64,000 nucleotides of DNA from Chrysomallon squamiferum (taxonomy: Eukaryota > Animalia > Mollusca), in the NCBI GenBank assembly GCA_012295275.1, contig CM022668.1:5332001-5396000 (forward strand), written 5' to 3'. The first letter of the stretch is position 1. Each line of letters begins with the position of its first letter. This document shows positions 1-11,891 of this stretch, in pieces. A program made the position numbers and the translations under genes. The notes beneath the pieces are model-generated. The model did not search any database, was not told the origin of the DNA, and was given only the letters and a program-made list of their open reading frames with translations.

Positions 1-660
1 AATGTTATTAACATTGTGACAGTGTTAGGTTGTTTTGACTTTAATGAGTCGGTGACGGAACAGAAATATGAAACGAAATGAAATCGTTATTTCCGACGTT
101 TTTAAAACTTTAACTTAAATGTTAAACTATTTCAGCAGTCAGTGAGTTTGAACTTCAGTTTTCTTTTTTGATTATTCATAAATAACATACGTACTTCATT
201 ACTAGTTACTTTTCCCAAAACATATTTTTAAATATAATTAATTATTCAGTACTGTTGCTTTTTATTGATCGGTTTTAACAAGTACCTTGCCATATCTGCA
301 AAGAATATTTGATGATTGATGGTAATAACATTAACAACAAGAAGAAAATAGACCAGTACTCAATAAACAAAATTTAGTCAGTAAACTACCAAGGTTTGGC
401 TTTGGATATAAATTGTAATGAAAATTAATGACTGCTGTCTGTTTAGTTCATATGCTGACATTGTCAGATATTTTCCCCAGTCACCGTGTGGGAAACAAAA
501 CTATACTAAATTCTAAAGCTGTGAAAACATATAACATAGATTTTACTGATCACCCAATTAATTAATTTTGCAGAAACACTTGTATGCCCTCACTGAAAGG
601 AAATATAAAAATCAGTTGTTCACAGGTGTGCCTTAATTTAAACTGTGTCTTAAAATCTGT
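1..660 (+). repeat. Duplicated copy of the caspase first-intron module, ending just before the exon-2 acceptor
   Basis: Collinear similarity by eye to 2740-3380, 52200-52820, 54560-55200 and 16800-17240 (shared 'cagttgttcacaggtgtg..ttaatttaaactgtgtct'); here it is not followed by the 'tcctttttttccag' acceptor. Confidence 0.75.
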
Positions 661-2309
661 TATTTTCTATAGTTGTTAAAAATTTGTGTATATTTTATTT
701 TTTATTATTATTTGTTTTTTCTTCAGAAAATTCTTTGCCAGTTGTTTTTAGAATCACATGCAGTTAAAATATTTTATTTTCTATAGTTGGTTATTCTGAA
801 TATATCTGTTGTTTTCTAAGCATTTAAAACATACTAAAGACAGTTCATTGTGATCCTACAGCAGATAATATCTTCTGTATTAACACTTGCAAAATGCAGC
901 AGCATTCATTTAAATAATAACAAATATTGAAATTTTTACAATATATCATACAGTAAAAGTAGGTTTATACTTTTTATTATACATATATTTTTACAATAAA
1001 ATGAGTTTTTGTATTTCATTTAAAAGCTATATAAACATCAGGACAGCAAAAAGAATTGTTATATTTTGGCGAAATTAATCACTACAAACTGTTTACACTT
1101 ATAGATAATACACATTTACAAGAAAATAATATAAATATATTTTTTATATTTAATAATAAATAAATAAAATGTAATAAAAAGACATTGAGTCATTTTCTAA
1201 CAACGAACTGTGCATAAGTGGGTTTTACTTTAAAATTGCTTTATTAATTTGTTGTTTAAAGTTGTTTTTTGTTTATTTATTTATTTATTTTTTAAAATAA
1301 GAAAAATGAATACATTTTTGAACTGTTTCTATCTTATTTTTAAAGCAGAGTCATTATATATGATAATTCAAAGGATTTGTGACTATCATAAAGCATGACA
1401 AGAAAATTAAAATCTCTTAATGATGCATAATGGCTGAATAATAATAATAATAATAATAATAACAACAACAGTAATGATAATAATAATAATAACAACAACA
1501 ACAATGATAATAATAACTGGAGTATACAAAACGTGACGGTAACATTTATTAGGATATTTTAAAGAAACACTATAAAGATGTATTTTTATCTCTAATATAT
1601 TTTTCTCTTTCGCTGTTTAATGACAGTAATTTTAGAATCTTGGAAGTATGTAGTGGATTCAAATTTTGTGCTTTTGAATATAACTGAAAAGCTGTATATA
1701 TATATATAAACAAAAAGCTAAAATCTTCGTTTTATTTAAATTAATTTATTTTATTTTGCATATTCCAGTCATGTATAACTAATTGGATTTAAATTTTAGG
1801 AAATGTTAGACTGGAGTTATTTCCCTTTCGTTTTGTTCTCGATAGTGGTTCAAAAGCTTAGCTTTAGTCTAGATAATTACAAAATAAATTTAAAAAACGA
1901 AAGAAAAAAAATAACAATGGCTCTGTAATAAGTTGCTTAGTTTATTATTTATTTATTATAACATATTTTCTATCTATCTATGTATCTGATGTAAGTGAAA
2001 CAAATTGTGTAGATTTTATTTATTATTTGGCTTGAGAATCAGATGACTTCATTACACATTCTGAACACTGGAAAGTACTCAATACATAAATTTACAACTA
2101 AAATTATTAGTAGTAATATATGTGAATCAGATACGACAAAAATGATTTTGTTTTCGTAACATTCGTTGAATGTTTCAGTCTATGCACACCTAATATAATC
2201 TAGAAGTTGTTGGAAAATTACTTTATTTAGAATTTTTCCTAACTAGTTTGTCTAATCAGTAAGCTTCGACTGATGTCATCCGCTAATAGAACAGACAACC
2301 ATTAGAAAG

Positions 2310-2357
<48 letters not shown>

Positions 2358-2592
2358 ATTAGTTATCTGTATTCAGTGAAAATAATCAGTTTTAAGCTAA
2401 TAGTACAATCACGAGTTTACGGTTACGTTCGGTTGTTGCAAACCGGTTTTTATTTGTTATAGTTTGAAACGTACAGTTTCAACAATTGTGTCAATTTCTT
2501 TGTTTTCTCATTTTAGCAATCGGTTGTAGTTCCCAAATATCTTAACATTATAAGCTGGATATATGCCAAAAACGATCACGGCCTTAATCAAA

Positions 2593-2633
2593 GGGAAATC
2601 CCTTGTTGGAAAGTCCGGAAGAAAATTATAAAT
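2593..2633 (+). promoter_or_regulatory. Putative promoter of copy A: NF-kB-type site plus TATA-like box
   Basis: GGGAAATCCC at 2593-2602 fits the kB consensus GGGRNWYYCC; a second half-site GGAAAGTCC follows; TATAAAT at 2627-2633. The same arrangement is at 54415-54455 upstream of copy D. Confidence 0.55.
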
Positions 2634-3438
2634 ATAATTCCATTGAAGGATAGAATATTTAATCTTGTACTGGCTGTGAACTGTCATGTAAAAGACTGGT
2701 GCAGTTTTACAGCATCAGTTATTGTTTTAAAACAAGGTATTAATGCTATTTACATTGTAACTGTGACGTTGTTTTGATTTTAATGAGTGAGTCACAGAAC
2801 AGAAATGTGAAACGAAATCAAACCGTTGAGTCGTTTTTAATATTTTAAATTAAAAGTTAAACTATTTCAGCAGTCAGTGAGATTGAACTACAGTTTTCTC
2901 TTAATGATTATTCATAATTAACATACCTACTTCATTAATAGATACTTTTAAATATAATTAGTTACTCAGTACTGTTGCTTTTGACAGATCCGTTTTAACA
3001 AGTACCTTACCACATCTGCAAAGAATATTTGATTATTTGTGGTAATACCAACAACAACAAAATAAAGTAATACTTTATAAACAAAAATTAATTTAGTCAG
3101 TAAATTACCAAGGTTTGGTGTTTCGGTGGATATAAATTATAATGAAAATTAGTGACTGCTGTGTATTTAGTTAATATGCTGATATTGTCAAATATTTTCC
3201 ACAGTCACTGTCTGGGAAACAAAAATATACTAAATGCTAATGCTGTGAAAACATAAAATATAGATTTTACTGATCACACAGTTATTTAATTTTGCAGAAA
3301 CACTTGTATTCCACAGTGTGTCAGTGAAAGTAAATATAAAAATCAGTTGTTCCTAGGTGTGACGTAATTTAAACTGTGTCTGTATCCTTTTTTCCAGACA
3401 AGAACTACATACCCTGTGTCTAATAAATAAGAAACAAA

Positions 3439-4186
3439 ATGTCTAACACTTTGCGAATGGATGCAGAGGATGAGGTAGGTGTTGATTTCAGACGTGTACT
3501 ACTTAAAGTTGCTGGTGACCTGGTCAACAAGGACATTGATTCTCTGAAATTCTTGTGTCGCGACTTTGCTGCATTGAGTTGACTGGAACATATAAAGAAG
3601 GGAACTGAACTGTTCAGCTTTCTTGAGAAGACAGGCAAACTGAATGAAACAAATAAGTGGACTTTCGCTGAGTTGTCAAAACGTACTATGAGGTTAGATC
3701 TTGTGAAAAATTTACAGGTTGACGAGAAAGAACTGGATAAACATCTGGACTTATTTGGGTCACATTTTTCAGCATACAGAAATCTACTTCTTGATCTTTC
3801 TAATCAAATCGGAGAAGAGGACTTGCGTAAGTTGTTGTTGTTTTGTTCTGTAGACATTCCTAGAGCAAAGCAACAAAAGATTCACAGTGTGCTGGATTTT
3901 TTTCTCATTCTTGAACAGATGAAAAAAATTAGTCCTGAAAATGTTGACATTTTGGAAGGTTCTTTTAAGCACATAGGAAGATCTGATTTGGTGGAAAAAA
4001 CAATGAACTACAAGCAGTGGATGGGTCTTAGGACAATGTCTACAGCAGATCAGTCAGCATTGATGAAGAGTGGAAATAAACTTGAACAGTATGTACGCCG
4101 TCCAATACAAGAGGTGCAAGGAAAATATCAGCAGCCTACTGTACCAAAGAATCCTCAACTTACACAAAGTCCTACTTCCGAACCAG
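3439..4186 (+). pseudogene. Copy A tandem-DED exon with in-frame stop at codon 48
   Basis: ATG 3439 is in frame with ORF 3673-4218; closely similar to ORF 55260-56075; RxDL motifs (MRLDL, GRSDL); acceptor AG 3396-3397, donor GT 4187. Confidence 0.85.
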
Positions 4187-4624
4187 GTAAAAAAAGAAAC
4201 GGCCAAAAGCTTTCATAAATGACCCATGAATCATAAAACTGATAACTTAATTTGTATTGTAACTTTATTTTGAAAATAAATTAAGGTAGAAATATTCCTG
4301 TAAATGATCAGATTACATCATTGTTTCAGTAATTAATTCTTGGAATCAAGGATTTCTGTATTTTAGCATATCTCATTAGTTCTGTCAATGATTTCAACTT
4401 TTCTATTAACTGTTAATTGTTCCATTGAGAATTTCACCATTTCTGTATAAACTTAATAATTCCACAATAAAATGGAAAATGTCAGCAACCATAATTAGTC
4501 TAATCTTATCCAAATACCATATATTTTTATTATTTGTTTATTTATTAAATTTTCTTATTTATTCCTTATTATTTCATTTTTTTTCATATTTTTTGAATTC
4601 TAACTCCTTTCCTTTTTTTTTCAG

Positions 4625-4911
4625 ATGTATTTGTACTAATCAAAGATATCTTTCTGAAATTATCGACCAAGCAGTATTTTGCCCTTGGAACTAAGCTGAA
4701 TATTTCTGACATAAAGCTACATAATTTCAATAAGCTCTGTGATTCACATGAAAAGAGAAATATGGAAATGATGGAACTATGGCTCCAGAAAAAAAAAAAA
4801 GCATTGATGATAGAGAAAAGATAACAGTGTTGTCCAACGCAATGGAAAAGTGCAAAATGATATATATACTAATAGCAGCACTGGCAACCATGTTTGGAAA
4901 ACAGCTGCAAG
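4625..4911 (+). pseudogene. Copy A death-domain-like exon 1 (frameshifted in poly-A)
   Basis: Reads DVFVLIKDIFLKLSTKQYFALGTKLNISDIKL...MMELWLQK / SIDDREKITVLSNAMEKCKM; 287 nt, one short of a multiple of 3. Confidence 0.7.
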
Positions 4912-5303
4912 GTAATGTGTTAGTTTGAAGTAAATCAGCACTCTGAAAACACAAAACATTCTAGAGTTCAGAGAGTGAAAAATTTAAGCTATTTCAGTGT
5001 CATTATCATTACCTCTCAAGACTTTATCACACACTTTCATTTACTAGTGACTTAATTTGTTTATGATCTTTTTAGTCACTTGTTACATTATGTATGTGTG
5101 GTTAGTATTTATAGGTATTTCTTTTATTTGTCTATTTATTTATTACATTTTGTTCCTTATTCATTCATTGATTATCATTATAATCATCATCATTATGAAT
5201 TATTATTATTATATGTGTTTGTTTGTTTTTAATTACATTTTCTTAATTATTTGTTATTATTTCATTCTTTTTTCTTATTTTTTATTTTAACTCTTTTTTT
5301 CAG

Positions 5304-5585
5304 ATGAACTAATCTGTTATATTGCTGGGAATATATCAAACACACAGTACTTTACCCTTGGAACCAAGCTGAATGTGTCTAACAAAAAGCTAAATATTTT
5401 AAATGCATGTTTGAAATCACAGCAAAATCATGAGATGCTGAAACAGTGGTTTCAGAAGATGAAAAAAGACGGCAACGATCTCAAAAAGACATTAATATAT
5501 TTGTCCAAGGTCATGGGCGACTGTGAAATGACACACATACTAAAGAGAGCAATGTTAGGAATCGTGTTTGGAAAACAGCCACAAG
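5304..5585 (+). CDS. Copy A death-domain-like exon 2 (open, 282 nt, phase 1-1)
   Basis: Reads DELICYIAGNISNTQYFTLGTKLNVSNKKL...EMLKQWFQK...LSKVMGDCEM; AG/GT borders; paralog of 56927-57202. Confidence 0.7.
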
Positions 5586-6148
5586 GTAATGTGTTAGTTT
5601 GAAGTGAATCAGTACTCACAAAACATTTGACAAATACTCTAGAATTCAGAGAGTGAAAAGTTTAACCTATTTCAGTGCCATTATCATTAACCCTCAAGAC
5701 TTTATCACAAAATTTCATTCACCAGTTACTAAATTCCTTTATGATTTTATGTCTCTAGTTACATTTTATATTTATATCTTGCTTTTTTATACATTTAATT
5801 TTTTTTAATAATAAAAGGAAAGGTAACTATACATTTTATTTGTTTTTCATTTCGTTTGGACAGCATTTATTTCTAATAATAAAGTACAGAATAATAAGAT
5901 ATTTGTATCTTTATTATTTTTTAGACAAAAAGTGTAAATCTGTTTACATCCAGTTGATTGTTTTTTGAGTCTAATTATTTTTATTCAAGTATTATAGTAT
6001 TAGCAGTAATTTATAAATATGTATACAACATGCTTTTACACTTTTTGTTTGCATTTATGTGAGTGTTTGTGTGTGAGAGAGAGATTTTAATTTATGTCTA
6101 AAATTCCATCTACTGTTTTTATTTTTTATGAAAATATTTTGGTTTCAG

Positions 6149-6199
6149 ATCCTGAGATCAGCATAAAAGGACAAAGGGCACATGAAGTTAACAGAGCGG
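6149..6199 (+). CDS. 51-nt micro-exon (DPEISIKGQRAHEVNRA)
   Basis: tttcag|ATCCTGAG...GCGG|gtaatt; same family as 57503, 57944 and 58344. Confidence 0.65.
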
Positions 6200-6714
6200 G
6201 TAATTATACAGTTTATTAATTTTTCATTTTGCTTTTGGAGAAAATGTTTTTCTAATAATGAAGTACAGAATAAGAAGATATTTGAAACTTTGTTAGTGTT
6301 TAAACAAAGTATAAACCTGTGAACTTCCAGTTGATCTTTTCTAACTACAATATATAAGAAACATTGTATCAATACTGGTCAAGTAAAATTACAACATTAT
6401 AACATGAATTTAATGTGATCATAATATTGACATGTAATTTTGCTAGTCAATAACATTCCAATTTAATAACAGTAATTTATTTCTAGTACTTTTTCAGATG
6501 GTTTGAAGAAAATAAACATAAATGTGACTTCATACTTATTATCATCATCATTGTCAATGTAATTAATTACTTTATTATTTTTTTTTTTTTTGGAAACATG
6601 GGTACACATTATACACCTACATCATTTTATTCTTTGTTATATTGTCATTAATCTTTATTATTAGCAAATAACTGACATCACAAAACAAATAAAGAAATCA
6701 CATTAAATTGCATT

Positions 6715-7310
6715 TATTTTAATTTTATAGCAGAACTTACTTTGAATTCTGTTACTTATTTATTATTAATTTTTAATTTTTAACTTATTTTTTTTTGTTG
6801 AAAATCTTCAGCAAGTGATTTTCGAGGTGTCCAAGAGCAGAGTGCTGCCTGCTACAAAATGAATGCCAATCCTCGAGGTATGTGTTAAAATAAAGATTTT
6901 ACTAATTTGAGATTAGCAAAAAGGATATTTTGTCTTAGGTCAGAAAGGTCTGTTAACAAAAGGTTCACAATATTCTGGTATGAATGGGAAATAGCTTGGT
7001 TGCAGAAATCACGTTAAGCTGCATTTAATTTAATTTTATAGTAGAATTTACTTTGAATTCTGTTACTTATTTATTACAAATTTTTAATTTTTAACTTATT
7101 TTTTTGTTGAAAATCTTCAGCAAGTGATTTTCGAGGTGTCCAAGAGCAGAGTGCTGCCTGCTACAAAATAGATGCCAATCCTCGAGGTATGTGTTCAAAT
7201 AAAGATTTTACTAATTTGGGATTAGCAAAAAAGGATCTTTTTTCTTTGGTCAGAAAGGTCTGTTAACAAAAGGTTCACAATATTCTGGTTTGAATGGGAA
7301 ATAGCTAGGT
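6715..7310 (+). repeat. Tandem ~309-bp duplication of the 66-nt linker exon (ASDFRGVQEQSAACYKMNANPR)
   Basis: Exon copies 6812-6877 and 7121-7186 with near-identical flanks. Confidence 0.85.
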
Positions 7311-8562
7311 TGGATTGGGAAATAGACTCCAAAGTATGTTAACTAAAATAGGATGGCAGTTGAATGAGGAATCAATTTGCCTCTCTTTTTATATCCTTTA
7401 ACAATCTGTTACTATTATTGACATCATGCTAACAGGGGAGAGGTCATACACATAGAAACAGTTTAGTTTTTTTAAGCCATTGTGGTTTGTTCAGTGCTGC
7501 TTACACAGACCTGCACTGCCAGAGATTTGACTTCCCCAGTGTACAAGTCATGTTTCCCTGCTCTCACTCCACTACTGTATCTTGATGAGTGATTCATAAA
7601 GAAAAAGACAGTCTGGACTCTCCACATTCATATCACTGAATCTCTCCCTCATTCTGTCTCTTTGTTTCTCTTTGTCTGTCTCCCTTAAAATTATTATTTT
7701 TATTTCCAGTAAATTCATAGGGTTTTTTCTGTTTTATTCTAGGAATGTGTTTATTAATCAACAATAGAGATTTTCACACATATCCAGTGAAGCCAGAAGC
7801 TAAAAAGTTGAAAGAAAGAAAGGGAACTGATGTAGATGCTGGTAAGTTTTACTTTGAAAGAAAATAGCAGTAACAACAACAACAACTAAAGTAATAATAA
7901 AAATAACAGTATTAATAACAATAACAGTGATAATTATAACAATAATAATACTAATACTAACAACAAATAACAATAAAATAGTAATTGTAATAAAAGCAAT
8001 AATAATGAAAGTATATGAGGTGTGTGTGTATATATAATTCACAGTGTTTTTTTAAACAAAATTCATACAGTATTTAGATATTTGTAGAGAGATGTATTCA
8101 CTTACATAATTAATTATATCCCATTTTTTCACCTTTCAGAATGTGTATAAAAGAGATATTTTTTTGTTCAAACCTAACTTACACATACATTAACACACAT
8201 CAATATTCATACCTAGTTAAAAAATGTAAATAAATTTTATTTGTAGTTAAGCTGAAAGAAACTTTTGAGAAACTTCAGTTCATCGTCCACTACAAAGAAA
8301 ATTTGACTGACACTGACATGGTTGAAGCTGTAAAGGGCTTGGCTTTCTTTGATCACAGTGACTATGACTGTGTTGTGTGTTGTATTTTGTCACATGGAAC
8401 TGAAGGTGTGGTATATGGATGTAACGGTTTCCTGTAAAGATCAGAGAATTGACTGAACCATTTAGACCTGAGTCGTGTCCAACACTGAGTGGGAAACCAA
8501 AGTTGTTTCTTATACAGGCTTGTCAGGGGAAGAAAATACAACCAGGTATGTATGATAGGCAC

Positions 8563-8606
<44 letters not shown>

Positions 8607-11600
8607 TGTTACTATTACTATTGTTATTATTATTATTATTCACTAATGGAGTTAAAAATTATTTCTCAAAACTACATACATGAATAGGTATTGTTCTTAG
8701 CTATGCACAGCTTATTCCTTTCGCCTGATGATGTGCAAATTGCCATCTTCTTGTTGAATACATGAGAACGATCTTTTGGGGATGAACAGTTTGCAACAAG
8801 TTTGAAACAAAATCTTACTGATATTGTCCACAAATGATAAAATGTTAAAGTTTTTGTGTTTATACCCTCTAAAATACTTATTATTTGTATAACTGTAAAT
8901 ATCTGTTTGGGTTTGTGTTCACATGCAACAAAGATTAATGTTTTTAAAATATCAGAACTTGAGTTTTGATATTTTATTTTACAGCACATATTAACAGGGA
9001 GGATCCGCAGGTAGAAACTATCCCACAAGAAGAAACAAACCCAAAAGAACCAGATTTGCTTATAGGATATGCCACAGTACCAGGTTATGTGTCTTACAGA
9101 TCAAATTCATCTGGATCTTGGTACATCACAGAACTGACAGAAGTTTTAAATGAACATGGTGAAAAGTAAGTAAATGAATTTTAGGATTGTATGAAATTTA
9201 AAGGGGAAGCTTAGGAATGAGCTTGAACATTATAACTAATGTTTTCTTGCAGAAATGACGTATGATGTAGAAACACGGACACTAACTAGACAGACAAAGA
9301 AACTCTAACACTAGGCAAACGTAAAGAAAAATAATTATGTTAAACATCACCCGATGTCCAAAAAAACAGTTATCTGCATAAGAGAAAAGAAAGGTCACAG
9401 ATATGATTTTAGAAGATGGAAGTGAGTCCAAAAAGTAGTCCAGAAGAGCAGGACAACGATGATGATGATGATTGTGGAGAAATATTAAACAGAAACATTT
9501 TTTTAAACTGTACCTGTCTAGATGTTTCTTGTGATATCAGAGAAATGTTGTGTTTAGGATTATTTTATAAATGTAGTAATAAAGAAAATAATCATGAGAA
9601 AGGTCATCTCCCTGTTTAGGAAATAAAGATATACAGTTTGCAAATTGATTTAATGAACACAATATTGACTGCTCTTTTTGGAAATAAAAGGCAGATTCAA
9701 ACACCTTTTAGCACTGTTTCAGTTTACATATTTTCCACTGTTGAATATTTAAAATAAAAATAAAAGACCCAGTGGAATAATATATTTGGATACCATTATT
9801 ATTATATTCTGTGACTTTGGTACTGTTCTTTTTGACCTTGTCTAAGTGCTTTGTATTGATCTTTTGTCATGTGACACCTTTTTAGCTAATAGCTGGATGA
9901 TGTATTTTCAAGGGAGGGCACATTAGTTACTATGAACCAAATAAAAAACTGTCCATCTGATGATTACAAAATTTGGTATAATTCATACTCATTATATCTA
10001 TTATACATACGTTGCAAAACATTTGTTACATTTGTGACTGTATTTCAGTTAGAACCTCCAAAGGAATGTTCCTTTTCATTCTCCTTTCAGATCCTTTACC
10101 AAACCAATACCAAACTAACACCAAACCAATCGTTTACCAAAACTATACCAAACCAAACCATAAATGCAAGTGGGACATATATATATATATTACCTTTTCT
10201 GTTTGTTGCTAGAATATTACTATTTATTACTTCTTTAAATTTATTTTCATTTTAATTTTCAGAATGGATATTCTCAGTTTGCTTAGATTAGTAAATAAGA
10301 AAGTAGGTAACACAGTCATGATGGAGGATGGTCGTATGTTTAAGCAATCACCAGCTCTGTCCAGCTCACTGACGAAGAAGGTGATATTCCGGTGAAGGAA
10401 ATTTTTCTCATACATTCATATTTCCAAGAATTATCTTAATGTTATTTCAGGATAAATTACTGAGAAACATCTTACACATCCATCAGTGTAGTATCAATGA
10501 AGTGTTTGTGTTGATGTAATAATAATTTTATAAAAGCCTTAAATAAGTTTTATATACTTGAATGAAAGATCAGTTTACTTTGATACGCTTGATACATTTG
10601 AATCATTACTTTTTATTTTTATTTTTTTATTTGTTTATTTGCAAGTAATGTTTTCCACAATTAAACCAATATTATTTCAGAATAAATTATTGAAACTTGT
10701 TTTCACTACCTATCTTTGCTAACATCAACGAGCTGTATGAACTGAAGTAATTAAGAAAAAAATATTCTATATACATGAATGAAAGAGCAGCTTACTTTGG
10801 TATGCTGGTTACATTTAAGTTTCATTTATTTATATCTAGGTTTACTGATCATAAATAGTCTAAATATAATCAGTATATTTTAGACATAATATATTTATCA
10901 GATGAAATGAATTCTGTAAACTTTAAAGTTATTGTTTCTTGTTAAAGTGGATATACAAGCATCTGGTACATTTTCAAGGGATTGCTTTGTTAAGGAAGAT
11001 AAAATGATGAAAATTACATAGATATTCAAAATAACTGATTCTTAATTGATGGTGTAGTAATGTTGTTAATTTGTTTAAAGAAATGTAAAAAGTGTACATT
11101 TGAAAATAGTATCTAGTTTCTTGATTGTTTATCCACGTGCATTGCTGTTTCAAAGATAATATATATTAATAACAATCTTGTATATAATATAAAATGATAT
11201 TTAGAAACTGTTATATAATTAGGGGTGGTTCCATTATTTTATAAACTAAGACGCTGGGATTAACAAACTCAAAACAGGACATTAAAAGTTGCAAAGTAAA
11301 TTCAGAAAGGCTGTTATATAATGGTTTTGATCTGGATATTTTTGACTGGTGCCCTCCTGGAGACACATGTCTAAGGACCACTCAGTCAATGGAAATTTTG
11401 TTTTAATGTTTTGTATTAAATAATATACATGTTGAGTGATTGAAGATACCTAAATCTATTCCTGTTGAATTTTTATTTTATTATTGTGTGGTACAAACTT
11501 AGCTTAAAAACTAAGATAACGCATGTTAATAATTAAAAGATTAGTTAACCAACTGGGCTTAATTAACTTAGTTTTATCTATCAACACTATTTGCTTTTAC

Positions 11601-11669
11601 AGTATATTGTTCGCATCGTATGATTTAACTATATATTACCCCTGAGGTTTTTTTTATGTAACATATATA

Positions 11670-11891
11670 CAGGGAGGTGCAAAAGTAGGTATACAGTGAT
11701 GAAAAAAAAACCTCACAGTACTCATTGCGTTTATTATTCAAACAAAAGAGGTAATATGAAAATACATATATTTTTATTAATTTAAATAAAATATGGTTAA
11801 TGACACTCAAAATAAGAAAAATGAGTCCAACATATTTAATGTGCTACTAAATTCACTGATACTGCTATACACCTATTTTTCCTCCCCTCAG
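11670..11891. mobile_element. Possible Tc1/mariner-type MITE
   Basis: TA-flanked, ~220 bp; left end CAGGGAGGTGCAAAAGTAGGTATACAGT and right end ACTGCTATACACCTATTTTTCCTCCCCTCAG form imperfect terminal inverted repeats; no coding capacity. Confidence 0.45.

Larger units (their letters stand above)
3439..10395 (+). pseudogene. Caspase-8-like copy A (DED-DED-DD-DD-caspase), disrupted
   Basis: Exons with GT/AG borders: 3439-4186, 4625-4911, 5304-5585, 6149-6199, 6812-6877 (duplicate 7121-7186), 7743-7841, 8247-8545, 8985-9165, 10263-10395. SHG and QACQG (8515-8529) present. Lesions: TGA at 3580-3582 (CGA in copy D), -1 in the A12 run 4789-4800, -1 at ~8430. Confidence 0.85.

Noticed and set aside
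3580-3582. In-frame TGA as selenocysteine or programmed readthrough
   Set aside because: The paralog has CGA (Arg), a typical CpG transition, and the same copy has further frameshifts.
8997-9030. 'VETI' in copies A and C as a mutated caspase-8 VETD cleavage site
   Set aside because: It aligns better with the 'TIPxEAD' start of p10 from which the 18-bp repeat derives, so loss of a cleavage Asp cannot be claimed.
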